Source of the DNA: Iphione sp. A-MEVVRFRX5
Taxonomy: Eukaryota
NCBI GenBank assembly: GCA_976226885.1
Contig: OZ320317.1
Span: forward strand, 82,026,001 to 82,090,000
Reading direction: 5' to 3'
Length of the DNA stretch: 64,000 nt
The notes below the pieces were generated by a model. It was not told where the DNA came from and made no database searches. It saw only the letters and a program-made list of their open reading frames with translations. Positions within the stretch are counted from its first letter, which is position 1. Every line of letters starts with the position of its first letter. The translations under genes were made by a program, and so were the position numbers. Shown here piece after piece: positions 1 to 63,600 of the stretch.

Positions 1-1420
1 GTGACTTCTACTACCAAAATGTACAACAGAATGGGACCTGCATTCCTGGGGTATTAGATTCCTTTCATGCCTGTTGCTGCAACTTTATAAACTGTGTGCA
101 CATGTATATTTAAAATGTTTCACTAAACATTTCAAAAACTGGAAAAATTCATTTGACAAGATAACCTCTCAGGCCTAAAAAGCTCCTTGCACTAGTGACA
201 GGAGCTTTGTTGATGACCTTCTTGAATACCTGCACAAATTACCACACATCTGTACCAGTTATCTTGTCCAAAATATGTTAAAACTAAAAGTAAATAAATA
301 AAAACCAATAAATATTTCTCTATTTTTTAAAATGATGCCTTTCATTTCAATAAAAAAATACAGTAGAAAAGGGTACATCATGGAGTTCCATAAACTTGCA
401 CTACATTTACTGTTTTAGTTCAAAATATATTGGCTTCATATGATAGTTCCATGTTAAGACCAAGTACAGGTACCACAAGATTTCTCAAAAGCCTGCTTAA
501 CAGGTAAAAGAAAAGGTAATGATTGTGTAGGTAGATTGGACTGAGTCGGGTAGTTTGACCAGTGGTCCAATATACCCTCTCTATAGTGGTCCAATTTACC
601 CACACACCAATCCCCAGGAAAAATGCTTTCTGCTCATTTTTGTATACCGGTAGATGACAGAGACTAAACTTGGTGTTAATATTGCTTCTGAGTCAGATAC
701 TATTGATATGAAGTTATGATAGGGGTCTATGTACTTTCAGCTCACAACTACATTGCCAAATATATAATTGGTAAGATCAGATCAGTGAGACATAAAACCA
801 ATAATGTTTCTCAGCTTTTGAAACTATATTTAAGTTGTGAGACATAGTGTAGTTATATCACTTGTTGTTGGATGCTGTTCCATCCTTGCCTGAAAATCAG
901 AGATCTTGATGTGGTCCAAATTACCCACCTTTCCCCTACATCAGCTTTATTAGCATAGATGGTTTTTAAGCGCTATTTCTGTAACATAACCATTGAAATT
1001 AGTATGCATTCTGCACGTCAGATATTCTTCATTTGCCTAAACAATTTTATTTACCAAATAATATTTTTGACACTGACAGAAAACTTGTTTTGAAGACCCC
1101 TAGGCCTTAACTGGTTAAAGCAGGCTAATTCTTGAGTTTCCAGCCATCTATGCTCACGTAGTTTTGTAAAGGAAGTGTAGAGTCAAGCAGTTTTCAGCCA
1201 TCTGTGTTAAGAGGGGGAGGGGATATAAGAGTCAAGCAGGCCGAGTTTTTTAGTTCCCAGCCACCTGTACAGGGATGGTTTTGTAGGGGGTTATGCGAGT
1301 CTTGGGTGACGAGTAGCAGGTAAACAGAGGTGTGGGTAGACAAGATGTAGCGAGGACCGGTGAACGTGCAGCGGGTTTGATCCCATCATACAAGGTAGGG
1401 GCTCTATGTCCCACTTATTA

Positions 1421-2030
1421 GGCCCGGTTTCCTTATGTGCGTAGCAATGCGTGCGTTGCGGTGCGGTAAACGCACCGGTTTTATGGTCATGCTTATTTTA
1501 ATATGGGATGTTCCTTACCTGCGTTGGAGTCCGTGTGCGTTGAGGTGCGTTGGGGTGCGGGGCCCGTTTTCGAACCCTTCCCGTAAATTCCACGCACACG
1601 GACTGCAACGCAGGCCAAAGCACTGGTATTTCTTCACATTTCTTCACTTTTTTTCACTTTTCTTCACTTTTGGATGGGGATACCGCACATATCCACACAT
1701 TTCCGCACAATGACGTTTTTTTCCCGATTTTTTCCGCACATTTTTGCCGTTTTTTGGCCAAATTTGCATGAAATTTGCCGTTTTTTGGCCGAATTTGCAT
1801 GAAATAAGCATTTTTCGCAACAATTTGCATGGAATTTGCCGTTTTTCGGCACTTTTTTTGGCCGTTTTTCGTATTTTACCGTCATATACGCACACAAACG
1901 CACGCATTGTCCCGCAGGGTGTTGAGGACACCCCTGTGCGTTGCTGTGCGGAAACACCTGCTGATGCGTTTCCCGCACTGAAACGCACACGTATACCAAC
2001 GGACACCACCGCAGGTAAGGAAACCGGGCC
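1421..2030. mobile_element. Non-autonomous PIF/Harbinger-type MITE, 610 bp
   Basis: Perfect 15-bp TIR GGCCCGGTTTCCTTA; TTA target duplication at 1418-1420 and 2031-2033; subterminal GTGCGTT/AACGCAC motifs in opposite orientation in the two halves. Confidence 0.88.
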
Positions 2031-2890
2031 TTATGCGTGCCGAGGACCTTCATAGTTGTAAGTCTGAACTCAGCGCGGGAGTCGAGAGGTTTCGACTGAC
2101 GGATCCGTCCAGAAGTTTTCTGAATCACTCGATTGATCGATCGGATTGTCTTGTTATTTTTTCAGTACAAGGAAAATATGCTTACGTTACATATAATCAT
2201 CGATATTTTAGACAGTTTTATCTCTTGTTTTTCACAGCACAATTCGAAGAAGATATATTCAAGGAACGGTGTCAAAATATCGAATGCCCCGCCTACGTGT
2301 ACACTGGAACAGGTGCAAGCGTGCATCTCTTATCTGTCTGTCCTCTTAGCGCCGTTAAGCCTGTAATAGATCCATTCGGGTCTTATGATGTCTCCTGTTT
2401 ACTTTGCACCGATAGACACTTGGATATATAATCATTCTCATGTATTTTTTATCGCGTGGAGCTCATTAGAGGTGCCTCTATGCCGATGCCACTGGGCCGT
2501 GGGCAAGTCTACCACGTGAACATCATGTCAGGACGCTCTGAATGTGGGGCAGTTGGGGGTCGGCGGTTGCGAGGGTGGTCCCGCCTGTTTGCAACGCGTC
2601 TTGTGTATATGTATTTGTTTAGTTTTCGGCGGTTTAACCCACTGACCTCTTCCCTGTCGGTGATGTAACGTCCACTAATGGGTGTCTGATGTATGCACAC
2701 GTGAGGCTTGAAGTTCCAGGTGCCTATACAATGAAGTTGCAACGGCAGCTGCTGAGAACCTACCGGGTCATAACGTACCCCTGTCCATCACCAGGACAGC
2801 CACCAGTCAGTGTTCCTCAGGTGTGACTAGAATTCCCTCAGTTTTTTTTCCATTCCAATCCAAACATCCTTTCAATATTCACTGATGCTC

Positions 2891-3049
2891 CATTTTGCCG
2901 ACTGCTTTTGCAATGGTATATGATGGTTGAGAAAGAAAATCGAGATTGCATTATCTTGGAAATTATTCCAAAACACACTTATCAATACAAGATATCTTAA
3001 ACGGATAAAAATAAAAGATAAAACGCCTCGGTGTAAATCATATTATCCA
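2891..3049 (+). repeat. Dispersed direct repeat, copy 1 (about 155 bp)
   Basis: Aligns with 4463-4610; core TATCTTGGAAATTATTCCRAAACACACTT is 28/29 identical. Confidence 0.8.
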
Positions 3050-3737
3050 TAAGCACCCGCCCTCATACACGTAGTCGGAATGTAAGCTCATGTACGTGCA
3101 TAGCCCTTCTCCACTATAAGCAATCATCGTAAAATAGAATAGGTTGGCTCCATTCTGTTAATGACACTGCCTCAGGCTCATTGTCCATCCATTCGGTTTT
3201 GTTTTTCATTATAGATACTTGACACTCTAGATACTGCAGGCCAAAATTGGTCTGGATTTAATTCAATGGTCCCTGCTCATTCTGTCTTTCATGGGCCATT
3301 TTTTTGGCCTGCAACTTACAAGGTGTATGGTGCATAAATTGTGCACGGTGTGTACAGAGAATAAGGACCATGGGCCTTAAACGCCCATTATATATCCGAA
3401 AACTGAATGGATGGTGAATGAATTCGTCTTTTGGCTGCTGTTACTAAGGGCTGACTATGTGATATACATGTACAAGATCGTCTGTATGAATGTAGAGCTA
3501 GCCAATGATAAATGAACATGCTTTGTTTCGCATGAAATTGACGGATCGTGTAACAAATTGTAAAAGCCCTTGCATTGGACGTTCTTACCATTTCCTCCTA
3601 TGACGGTGATTATTGTTGTCGTAGGCAGGTTCGAAAATGCATCATACCAGTTATTTTGACCGCATGTCATTCCTCATAGAACGTCACTATAGCAGACATG
3701 ATTGGTCAGTTTTGCCCAGTAAACACGAGTTTGGTTA

Positions 3738-4016
3738 GGCCCTGTTCACATGCATCCATATTTTCTGAAAATGGATACAGACCCATACACAGATTTCCAC
3801 ATGTATCTGTTCAAAACAGGTGTGCAGCCGGGTCCATTTTCTGAATCTGTCAGCAATGGATTTTCTATGGACACGGATTAGTTTTCAATAGAAAGCAATG
3901 GGGACTAGACATCTGATATATATATGTGGGTAATTAAATTACAGACCAGCAGGAGGTTATCTATGGCTCCGGACATGAAGATGTTTTTTTTCCTACTGTT
4001 ATATGTGAACAGCGTC
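3738..4016. mobile_element. PIF/Harbinger-type MITE, 279 bp
   Basis: TIR GGCCCTGTTCACAT vs GACGCTGTTCACAT (2 mismatches); TTA on both flanks. Confidence 0.72.
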
Positions 4017-4462
4017 TTACTGAGTGCCATTGTATGACTGAATATCTTTCGATTGACATTGATTTTAAGTGCGGTGGAAAGTCACCTTAGGGACCACATC
4101 CCCAATAGGAACGTCACTAGTGGGGACACTAGGTGGGGAAGAGCAGATCCTATTTGTTTAATATTAAAAGAAGTCTCTAATGAGGACATATCTGAAAGAA
4201 ACACGGTGTATTTGGTTTCAGCACTTGGAAGACTTGACTCTATATGTGATCTACTCTACATGTGTGCTCCTTGGATGAAGAATGTGGAAACAGCTTAAAA
4301 ATCACATCTATTTTACCTGAAAGAGCTCCGTTTCAACTAATTTTTTTTCACTCTTAAGATCCTTTTTCAAATAAATGTGCTTTTATTACATCAACTGATT
4401 CGTAATATATAAGCTGCTTTGTGCTCCAATACCAAAATAGTTTTTGAAAATTTACCGGTGTG

Positions 4463-4610
4463 CATTTTGCAGACTGCTTCAACAATTGCATGATGTTTGC
4501 AAATCGAGGTTGAATATCTTGGAAATTATTCCGAAACACACTTTCAAATTCAAGATATAATAAAAAGGTTAAAAAAAAGACAAAACGGCTCGTTGTAAAT
4601 CACATCTCCA
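4463..4610 (+). repeat. Dispersed direct repeat, copy 2
   Basis: Aligns with 2891-3049. Confidence 0.8.
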
Positions 4611-7437
4611 ATTTTAATATGCTATCTTCGCCTTGCAATATCATAATACATGACATGTCTACTACAATTCTCTGTACAATCACACAACTAGTTCAATGAT
4701 CATGATAATAATAATGTCCACTTTCTTAAATTACCTAATAATTTTACATTATCTTTATACATTTGCTGATGTGGGGGGTAATGATTAAATACATGTGGCG
4801 AATTCTAACTTGAAGAAAATTGTAGTTACGAAAACAATTAGGAACGAGGTGGTAACAACAAGAAAATGCTTTAGTGTCCTTTACCATCTCATACGCAGCA
4901 GTATGTTGCATCGATAATTTTGAATCTATTTTCATAACATTAATTATATTATAAATACACCATTGTATATAATAGCATTCTGAACATGTAAAACACTGTG
5001 ATCAACACTTGTGTAGAAAACATTGTATGCGAGATGGAAAGAAAATACCATTTTGCTCGACATTACTAATTTGATTGTGCAGCAACTTTTTTTTCCTGGT
5101 ACCTACAGAAATAAGAAATGACAGTTTTACACACCCGTACTCATCATGTCTGTACGCGTGTGTAAAAAAACAATTATGGATTAGTGTCGGTATCCGTACC
5201 AGGGGGCAGTCAATCTAAAAAAAAAGAAACGCCTTTAATTTCGCATTAAGGCATTCTGCTGAAAAAGCAACATTGACACACCTCTAGACGGAACATGTGT
5301 AGCCCCTACTCACAGCGTTATCAACAATGATGACAAATAGTTGTCATAGCTACCAACAAGTACTACGGCATCAGTAACTCACCAGCAGTGCTATGCAGCT
5401 CTAAGCTCGTAAGCCAACAAGTCAACTGCTTTTAATAACAAGACTGCCTGTACATACCATTCGTTACCAAAAAAAGACAAAGAGATGTGGAACCCTATCT
5501 CTGGAGGAAAGTCTGCTGGCATGTAGAGAACGTAAGCATAGTACATGGATATTTGTTTTACAGCGTGGGGGAGGGGGAGGGTGGGTGGTGATTAAATCTG
5601 TGTAGACACCGTGGGATGTCTACGTGGCACATTTGCATATTCCTATATAATATACAGGGGGCGTGGGGGGCGGGATTGGTGGGTCGTCACTGTATTTATA
5701 CTCCTCGGTGAAGGGAGGAAAATGAAGCTGTGTGATTAAAGTCCGTGGAAATCTCGCAGAAATCGGGACGGCTTGACTGGCATGAACGGGCTATACAGTT
5801 GCGTGGAGACCAGTGGTGGAGGTCGTAACAAGAGTTAATTATACTACCAACTCGTTCAGTCTCTATATGCAGACTCTCTTTTTTTATTGTTTTGCGTACC
5901 CTTCTTGAAAGTGTATCTAAACGTTGCTTAATATTTATATCCTCTCACGACGAAAAAGAATACAATATTATCCTTTTCAAATGTTAACCCAAGCGCGAAG
6001 AATGGATTGGGGAGAGGGGGGAGGGGGGAGAGTGATCGTTACGGCAGAAGAGCGTTGGTCACCATTCAAGGAAGGTTCCGACTGTCTATTAGAGGCTCAA
6101 TGCCGGAGCACTGGGAACTGTATGTTAATGATTATTACAGCAACGGAGACCTATAGCGCCCCCCATAAAGCAAACAGTTCAGGTTGCATACATGAGTGTG
6201 TATCGTTATACTTATCGGCGCTGAGATATCAAACGCATATACCAACCACATTACATTCAGGTCGTGTCATCTTTACAGTGGGTTCTGAGTGATATGGTCC
6301 CTTTAATGCAGTGGCATGTACAGTTATTAACATAATGGCGTATTATCATCATTATTACCATGGGTCTACATATTGTCCCACCCTGTCTGAGGATATAGAA
6401 CCACTGCCGCAATTCATTGGTCCACGTTTTAATAAAAGAACTGAACGGTGTACATGCTATGGCTTCGGGAACCCAGAGAAGCTGCAACACGAGCAACAAT
6501 ATATCTCTGACAAATAAAAGGGGAAAAATAACAACAAAAGCAAAGTGTACTTGTTGCGCTTAAGATTAATTCACCTTGATGTCACTGCCAAGTTGGCCAT
6601 AGCCAACGTGCCACTAAACAACTTAACAGTAATCTTACACGACCACATACATGTATCTCAATATCACATTAACATTTTCCTTATAAAGCAAATCGTTTGT
6701 ATCCTTTTCTGGTCGATGTTTATTTCCATTGGTTGACAACATTTCTGGAATACTGTTCACTTATCTTATTGCGATTTCCATACACAATTTTCTTTCGCCA
6801 TTTACACGACCAGGTGTTTTCGCAACACAAAATTACTCTGGGCATGAACATGAGACACTTGGACAGTCCAACATGCAAGAAGGAATATACACACTATCTT
6901 GGGGAATTTCTTCACTCGTATATAAAAGGGCACATACGAAATTCACCTTTAGAAATATACAAAACTGCCCCGTCAAACTGATTTTTGACATCTCGTGCGG
7001 CCACGTGGCAAGTGGCCACTTCTCCGATCTAAGCTGAACTCCCAAAGTTAAGCCTATCGACACGATTCTCCTGGTACTTTCACAACACTGATAGCAAAAA
7101 CTCAGAAAGTTTATCCTGAATTGGTGGGATTGGTAGTGAGACAAGGTAATACAAGTAAGACTCTGGCTTATCAAACTTAAACATTTACATTGCGTCCAGT
7201 GAAATGCTTCGAGCATTGATGCAGTTGATCCGAAAAACTGTCGAACACGAGCCTCTATTCGTTTTTCTTCCCGGTTCTACAAATGGTACAGGCCCACAGC
7301 AAACGTTAATTATTCAATAACTGAACCCCCGACCGTTCTTGACAATCAAGTCTACGTTCTTAACAATCAGGTACTACTGTCCACACATCTGCGCACTGTG
7401 CGCGTTAAAGCACACAGTGCATACCAGTCCAAGACAA

Positions 7438-7750
7438 GGCATAATTTCCACGTGTGCCTGGAGCGTGTTTGCATGGTTGGCAGGTGAGAAATAGTCTTGT
7501 TGATTTCATGAATAGCCTATCATGTATCATCTCAGTACTTGACCAGGGTTCCCATACAGAAACTTGTGTAATCGTGGCCACGAAAACAGCGGAATTGGAC
7601 AATTCCCACTTCCCAAAACAGGAAGGTGCAAACATGCTACACAATACATGCTTGCATGGAAACACTCCTACTGTTATCCTACATCCCCTAAATCCACCAT
7701 GAAAACACACAATCATGGCTGTGAAAACATGCACACATGGAAATCAAGCC
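7438..7750. mobile_element. Degenerate Harbinger-type MITE, 313 bp (GGCT..TTTCCATG TIR family)
   Basis: TIR GGCATAATTTCCACGTGTGCCTG vs GGCTTGATTTCCATGTGTGCATG (4 mismatches in 23); TSD not preserved. Confidence 0.55.
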
Positions 7751-10304
7751 TTTCAGTCTGCCTTTTCTCGACTGTTTTCCACAGCGTCCGTTAACGTTCC
7801 TCCCCAAGAGGCAGGCGTGGGGGCAAGCGGCCCAATGCGTGTATATTGTTCGGAAGATCTACTGGAAACAGAGACGTCGATATAATTTAGATACAAACGA
7901 CCATGGTATGATTCTGTGTATATATATATATGTGTGTGTGTGTGTCAATCGGACCTTCATCGAGGTGGTTTCGTTTTCGGTTTCACATCTCCAGTGAGAA
8001 CATCATGCACGGCGTTTCTATTGACACAATGGGGGATGGAGGTGCGACATCGTTAGTTCCAATGAATGACAATGGGAGGCGCTCCGGGGCGCCGAATTAT
8101 TGCTCGTAGGATTATGGGATTTCACCCCCCGCCCCTTTCTTCGGATACCAGCTCTTCCTACTGTTTAAAAAGAAAAACATTGGCATTTCTGCTGATTTGG
8201 CGACTGAGGAAGCCTCGAGACCGTTCTATATACATAATCTTCAATGTTTCAAAGAAGTAAATACTATTCGTGTGTCTTTTACATTGTGAACACCAAACAG
8301 TAACCGTGCAATATCCGTCAGAGACACACTAATGTATTTACAAAAATATAAATAGTATTCTGTTTTCTCCCAGAAATATAGCTTTTAAAATGTACTTTCG
8401 GACTGCGGACCACGAAATCGAATCTTAGTAGAATTGCTTAACGCAGGGCGTCTGTATTTCGTAGCCTTTGATCCTCGCCATCCCTGGTGAGTATACACAC
8501 CTCAATGTATAGCGATCCAAACATGGGCCCTTCTTACCAGTTATTAGACAACTCTATGCAGCAATTATCACATACGCGATACAAATGTGTCGGCCATCGG
8601 GAAAAAAACAACTGAAACCAGATAAATCTCAACGTTTGGCCTCGACGGTACTAAACAGGCTATATATATATATAAATATGCAGAGTCAAGTGAACGTTTC
8701 GGTTGTAATCTCGGTATACGTACAGGGTATCAATGTAAAATGGCGGTACGTCCTTCTCATGTACAGGAGGAGCACAGGTTGGGTTAGCGTGAGGCAACTT
8801 TTCGCAACATGCCCATTCCTTTTATGGCTAGCAACTGGCGTCAGTAAAGTGTGTATATACATGTATATTATGTATATCGTTAAACTGCACGTTAAGGGAG
8901 CAGGGTACACAGTTCACACTCCAGAGCAGTTGAGAGTTGAGAAATCATGTTGGAAAGGGGGGGTGGGGTTACAAATGACTGGATGTTGTCCAAATATGGG
9001 ACGGGTTTTGGGGGGAGGGGGAAGGAGGTTTTGGGTTGATGGATGGGCGGGCGGATATGGTGGTGCAGAGGGCAGTGAGGGCGGTGGACGAGACAAATAG
9101 ATTTCTCACAAACAGCATTAAGCACCGGTACACAGAGAACGTCATGTGATATGATATGATACAAGGATAACTGGCCGCTGATTTGGAGACGGTAAGTGGG
9201 GGGAGAAGGGAGTGCACAGAGCTGACTCGCCAGTCACCCGCTCTGGATCCTACCTCAGTTTTTCACGATCACAAGTTCCTTCGAGTAAACTGCGTTAGCA
9301 CACAGCCTACGAAGATATACATGTACATTAACCTGGTTTCGTCTAGAGTAAGTGCGATCCAAGCCCTGATTTAATTGTTTCTTTGTATATAATAGTGTCA
9401 AGCGTAAGGGAGGGAGGGAGGGGATCACGACTAAGGACAGACGTACCCTCTAACGTTGGTGAAATTAAAAAAAAAAGGTTTCGAGTGTGCCAATAAAAAG
9501 CAAACAAAGTACAAGATGTAGCCTAAGTCAAGATGTTTACAGGTTGCCTTATTTTGGCCTATATATATTAACAACGAAGTAAGTGGTGAAGGAACCAGTG
9601 GTTAAAAAAAAGCGACGAAATACAAAGTCAGACTTGGAGTCTGAGGAAGAGTTCCAACACGAACTCTCTCGTTGTCTAATGACAAATCACATTGATTTAT
9701 ATTCACTCCTCTTCCCCTTCACACACCTATGGCACCCTAGCTTTGATTTTTTTCCTTCACTCCAGCAGACCGCCTCGTGTTCACGGTCACAGTAACGAAG
9801 ACCGACCCCCCTCCCCCCAAGTCAGGTGAGACCATAACCGTTTAACATGAAAAATGGGGTAAAATTCGTACTACAGATACAAGAGTTAAAAACGCTATTA
9901 CATGACCGATCTGCGGGATGATAACAATGCACTGCATGCCTGATTTACCTTAGCAACACCTGATATAAAACTCTGGCCGTGAACACGGGGCCACACATTC
10001 AATATCTCCTCGCGCGGCCCACCCGAACTTAGCGTGGACCATCAGAAAATAATCTCAATCCACAAAATACATTATTTTTTTTTTCTTCAACCAATCGGAA
10101 TCTCTCTGGCATCCCTTCCGGCCGCCGCGGGAGTCGCCCCCTCTTTGCGCATTCTTCTCATGTGAAATATGGTCAAATCGGCCACGTGGCGGACGGGACG
10201 TGAACTTATCGACCCCCATGTCCTCCTGGCGGTCGTCATTGGAAGCTTCGCTGTAGTTTTGCATTAGGACACCAGGTGACGCGCAGAGGTTTGGGATACG
10301 CCCT

Positions 10305-60440
<50,136 letters not shown>

Positions 60441-60598
60441 CTGTACATGGAGAAGAAAAAAGAAATGCGGTGCGTAAGTACAACGCTATGAATGGGTTTA
60501 AGATACACACATTAAGGCTTGTCCTTAAACATCACATCTGAAAGACTAGTGATATATACATGTACGTGTATTTCAACGAGGCTTTTATATCTGCGCCA

Positions 60599-60600
<2 letters not shown>

Positions 60601-60670
<70 letters not shown>
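60601..60670. repeat. (AC)35 microsatellite
   Basis: Uninterrupted dinucleotide run. Confidence 0.98.
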
Positions 60671-60674
<4 letters not shown>

Positions 60675-63600
60675 CCATACACACAGCAGCTGGTGTCAAT
60701 ATCGTCACCGTACATGGGACTAGAATATCAACGATAATGGCATCGCGGGTGGCATACTCCCCGACGAGGTGAAAACGACAATAGCTTCACAACAGATAAT
60801 ATACAGGGAAACACCCTAGAATACATCCGAACAACATCCCCCCCCCCACCAACAGGTACAGGTTCGACAATCATTGCTGCACATCCTTTTAGCAAAGCTC
60901 TCTACATTCACCTTTGTAATACGACGGGTGCTATGCTAACCTCGCCCCATAACAAGGCACCCCCCAACAAAAAAAAATATATATGCATGTATATCAAGAC
61001 CCGCTTTTGTAGCCAACCAGAAAGCAAAGTGTTGAAAACCGATTAGGCAGTCGTAGGCCCCGTCTTCCGTGACATGTTAGGGATTGATTTATTTTTAATG
61101 GAAGGGGATGACGCTCTGGGAAAGCTCCCTTCAAGACGAGGAGGCTGTCAGAGACGGAAGAGCGAGGGCGGTAAATAGTGTTTGACATGAGCCTCAACAT
61201 GATCCTACCTAGCTCGCAACTCCCAACGGGTGAGCGCCACTCAAACGCTGTTTCTTATCAATTGGCAAACGTTTATTTGTGAAACGACGACGACGACGTT
61301 TTCAATCTTGGCTGTGTCCCCCCAAAAAACATAAATAAATAAAAATTGCCAATTTATCAAATTTGCAACGGCTGCAGTACTAATTATAAGCGTCACCTCG
61401 ACTCTCTATGCTGACTGACTCTCGCTATTACTCTGATTAAAATCGTACCGGTGACCTGCAACAGACTGCTGAGGCCGATCACAATATGAAAAGCAAAATG
61501 TCAGGCAGCGCGGCGGTCAGAATGAATTAACCTATGGCTGGAAGACCTGGACATTGTCCGGTCTTCATTTCTCTTCGGTTACGAAAGCAACTAAATGCCT
61601 CGTAAATTTCTGCTTGTCGACAAACCTCTCCGCGATACGTCAATTATAGTTAACACTGACTCAGAAAAAAAAGAAGGACTGACCCCACACACAATGTCAA
61701 TAAATACTGTTTTGAGTCAGAATTAGAAGAAATGTCCTTGTAAACGCGGGGTTACTTCATTCATTTTTGCACTAGGAGTCTGAAACCCGTGCAAAAAAAA
61801 CACAGCCGTCTGTACACAAGTATCAGGATCTCCTTGGAAGGTTGCGGGAATCCAGCGAGAGCCAATGAAGACATGTGCACTGAGTAATTCGCTGGTGTAA
61901 AAATGTTCACAGGCCGCTGCTTTTGAAGGCCAAATACGGGAGAGCAACGACGATGGAGCTCACACAAGCTGTGGAAGTCTATTTCTCCTAGAGTTCGTAC
62001 GAAAATAGTCAATTTACACTATTCTTAGATCAATTTATGCACGCATGCCCACCCGCATCTAAGAAACTTGGATGTACAGATGCCTGCTTTGTTTGTACAT
62101 GAAAGAAGCAATCCATTATACGGCAGTCTAATCCTCATCAACCCATGTACCGCTATTGAAAGGTTCCGCTATTGTATACATACACATACTCTGTCGTCCC
62201 TTAATAAAGCAGTCGTGTTCACAAAGGAGGAAAGCTGTGCAAGTTTTACCAATATACATGTAGATTTTCTTCTCCATGCACCGTTTATGGAGGCCATTAG
62301 ATAGTGCTGCCGAATTCAAAAATTCTATCCAGTAGAGACGTTCGCATTAGCCGACATACTCTCATTTAGAGCTTATATACCGACTGCATAACTACATCAG
62401 GTCCGCTAGTTTCGTTTGTAAGTGCATTCTGGGTGGTGTATTTTTAATTGAATATTGAACAATTTGAAAAGGTCAGAGACTTGAAATTTCGGTTATGTGT
62501 GTAAAAACCTGTCTCAGGGTACGTTACCAGTGTTAACAGGTTAAAGGGAACACATTCATTATTTTTTTTTAACGTACCAAAAAAACACGTTCACTCATCA
62601 TGTTTCTATCTACTCTTCGATTTAACAAGCTGACCTGTACAGTTCAGGTCCCTTATCGTCAGCAATGTGTCTTACCTCAATAGTCACAGTGCATCGACAT
62701 GAGTGTAGACAGGAATATGTTATTCTCAGTGTTTCCTGGAGTGAGACTGAGCCAGGAGTCGGCCATTAGATCCAGACAGACACTTGGAAGGTGGGCTGGC
62801 CGGGGGGGGGGGTGGTTTGAGAGGGAACAGTACATGTACATGTACGTAGAACCATCATGTTTTGTATGAAGATGTCGTATAAGCCCTCCACCCCCACACC
62901 CCAATACTACTGCCTGATTTGATTTTAAAGGGAATAATGTATTCTATTGGGAAGTTCTTGGTTCCTACTTCTTTCTACTTCTTGGATAATCAAGTTTTGT
63001 AATATGTTATATCTGCATATACATGCTTCCTATATATGTATTATGCTTATGTCTAAACACTGGTAAACTTTGGAGGAGAAAAATCATCAGTTTCCTGAAA
63101 CGATATTCACCGAACCATATGAGCATAGCTGTAGCGGGGAACCACGTTCCACCGCGATGCCCTTTAACAGTTACATGCATATGTATCGTGGCAACAAGTG
63201 CAAATTTAAAATTCAATTTAAAACAGTGCTTCGACAGATATCTGCATTATTAGTAGACCCAGTTGGATCTAGAAATAACAGTCACATACTGTTCGTTCAA
63301 CCTGTACTGATTTGACAAGTCCCCTCCTCATGAACAAGACAATATTAACTATATGATCATGTGTTCCCAACCCTTCCCAGCGAACTGACGTGGGTCAGTC
63401 TTGTGTCGTACCCCTCCACGCCTTATGTTGAGTGCTTCCCGTTGATTCCTCAGTGTAGCAAGAGCCCCGCCCTACCTTAAGCTCAGTTCTCCCTCGGTTT
63501 AGTCTCTCTACTGTACCTACCGTCACACTCCAGCGGGCAGTCAGTTAGGTCGAGCATGATGTTCAGATAGCCTGGCCGAGCGACCCTTTCAGACATAGCC

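Noticed and set aside
522-940. GTGGTCCAA..TACCC motifs and a CTTTCCCCTA end suggesting a pogo-like MITE
   Set aside because: Only one terminus is recognisable; no paired TIR or TSD.
1435-2128. Cluster of overlapping ORFs, and a roughly 75-codon minus-strand frame restored by removing the MITE
   Set aside because: ORFs lie in the low-complexity MITE interior with no transposase motifs; the restored frame has no recognisable homology and is short enough to be chance.
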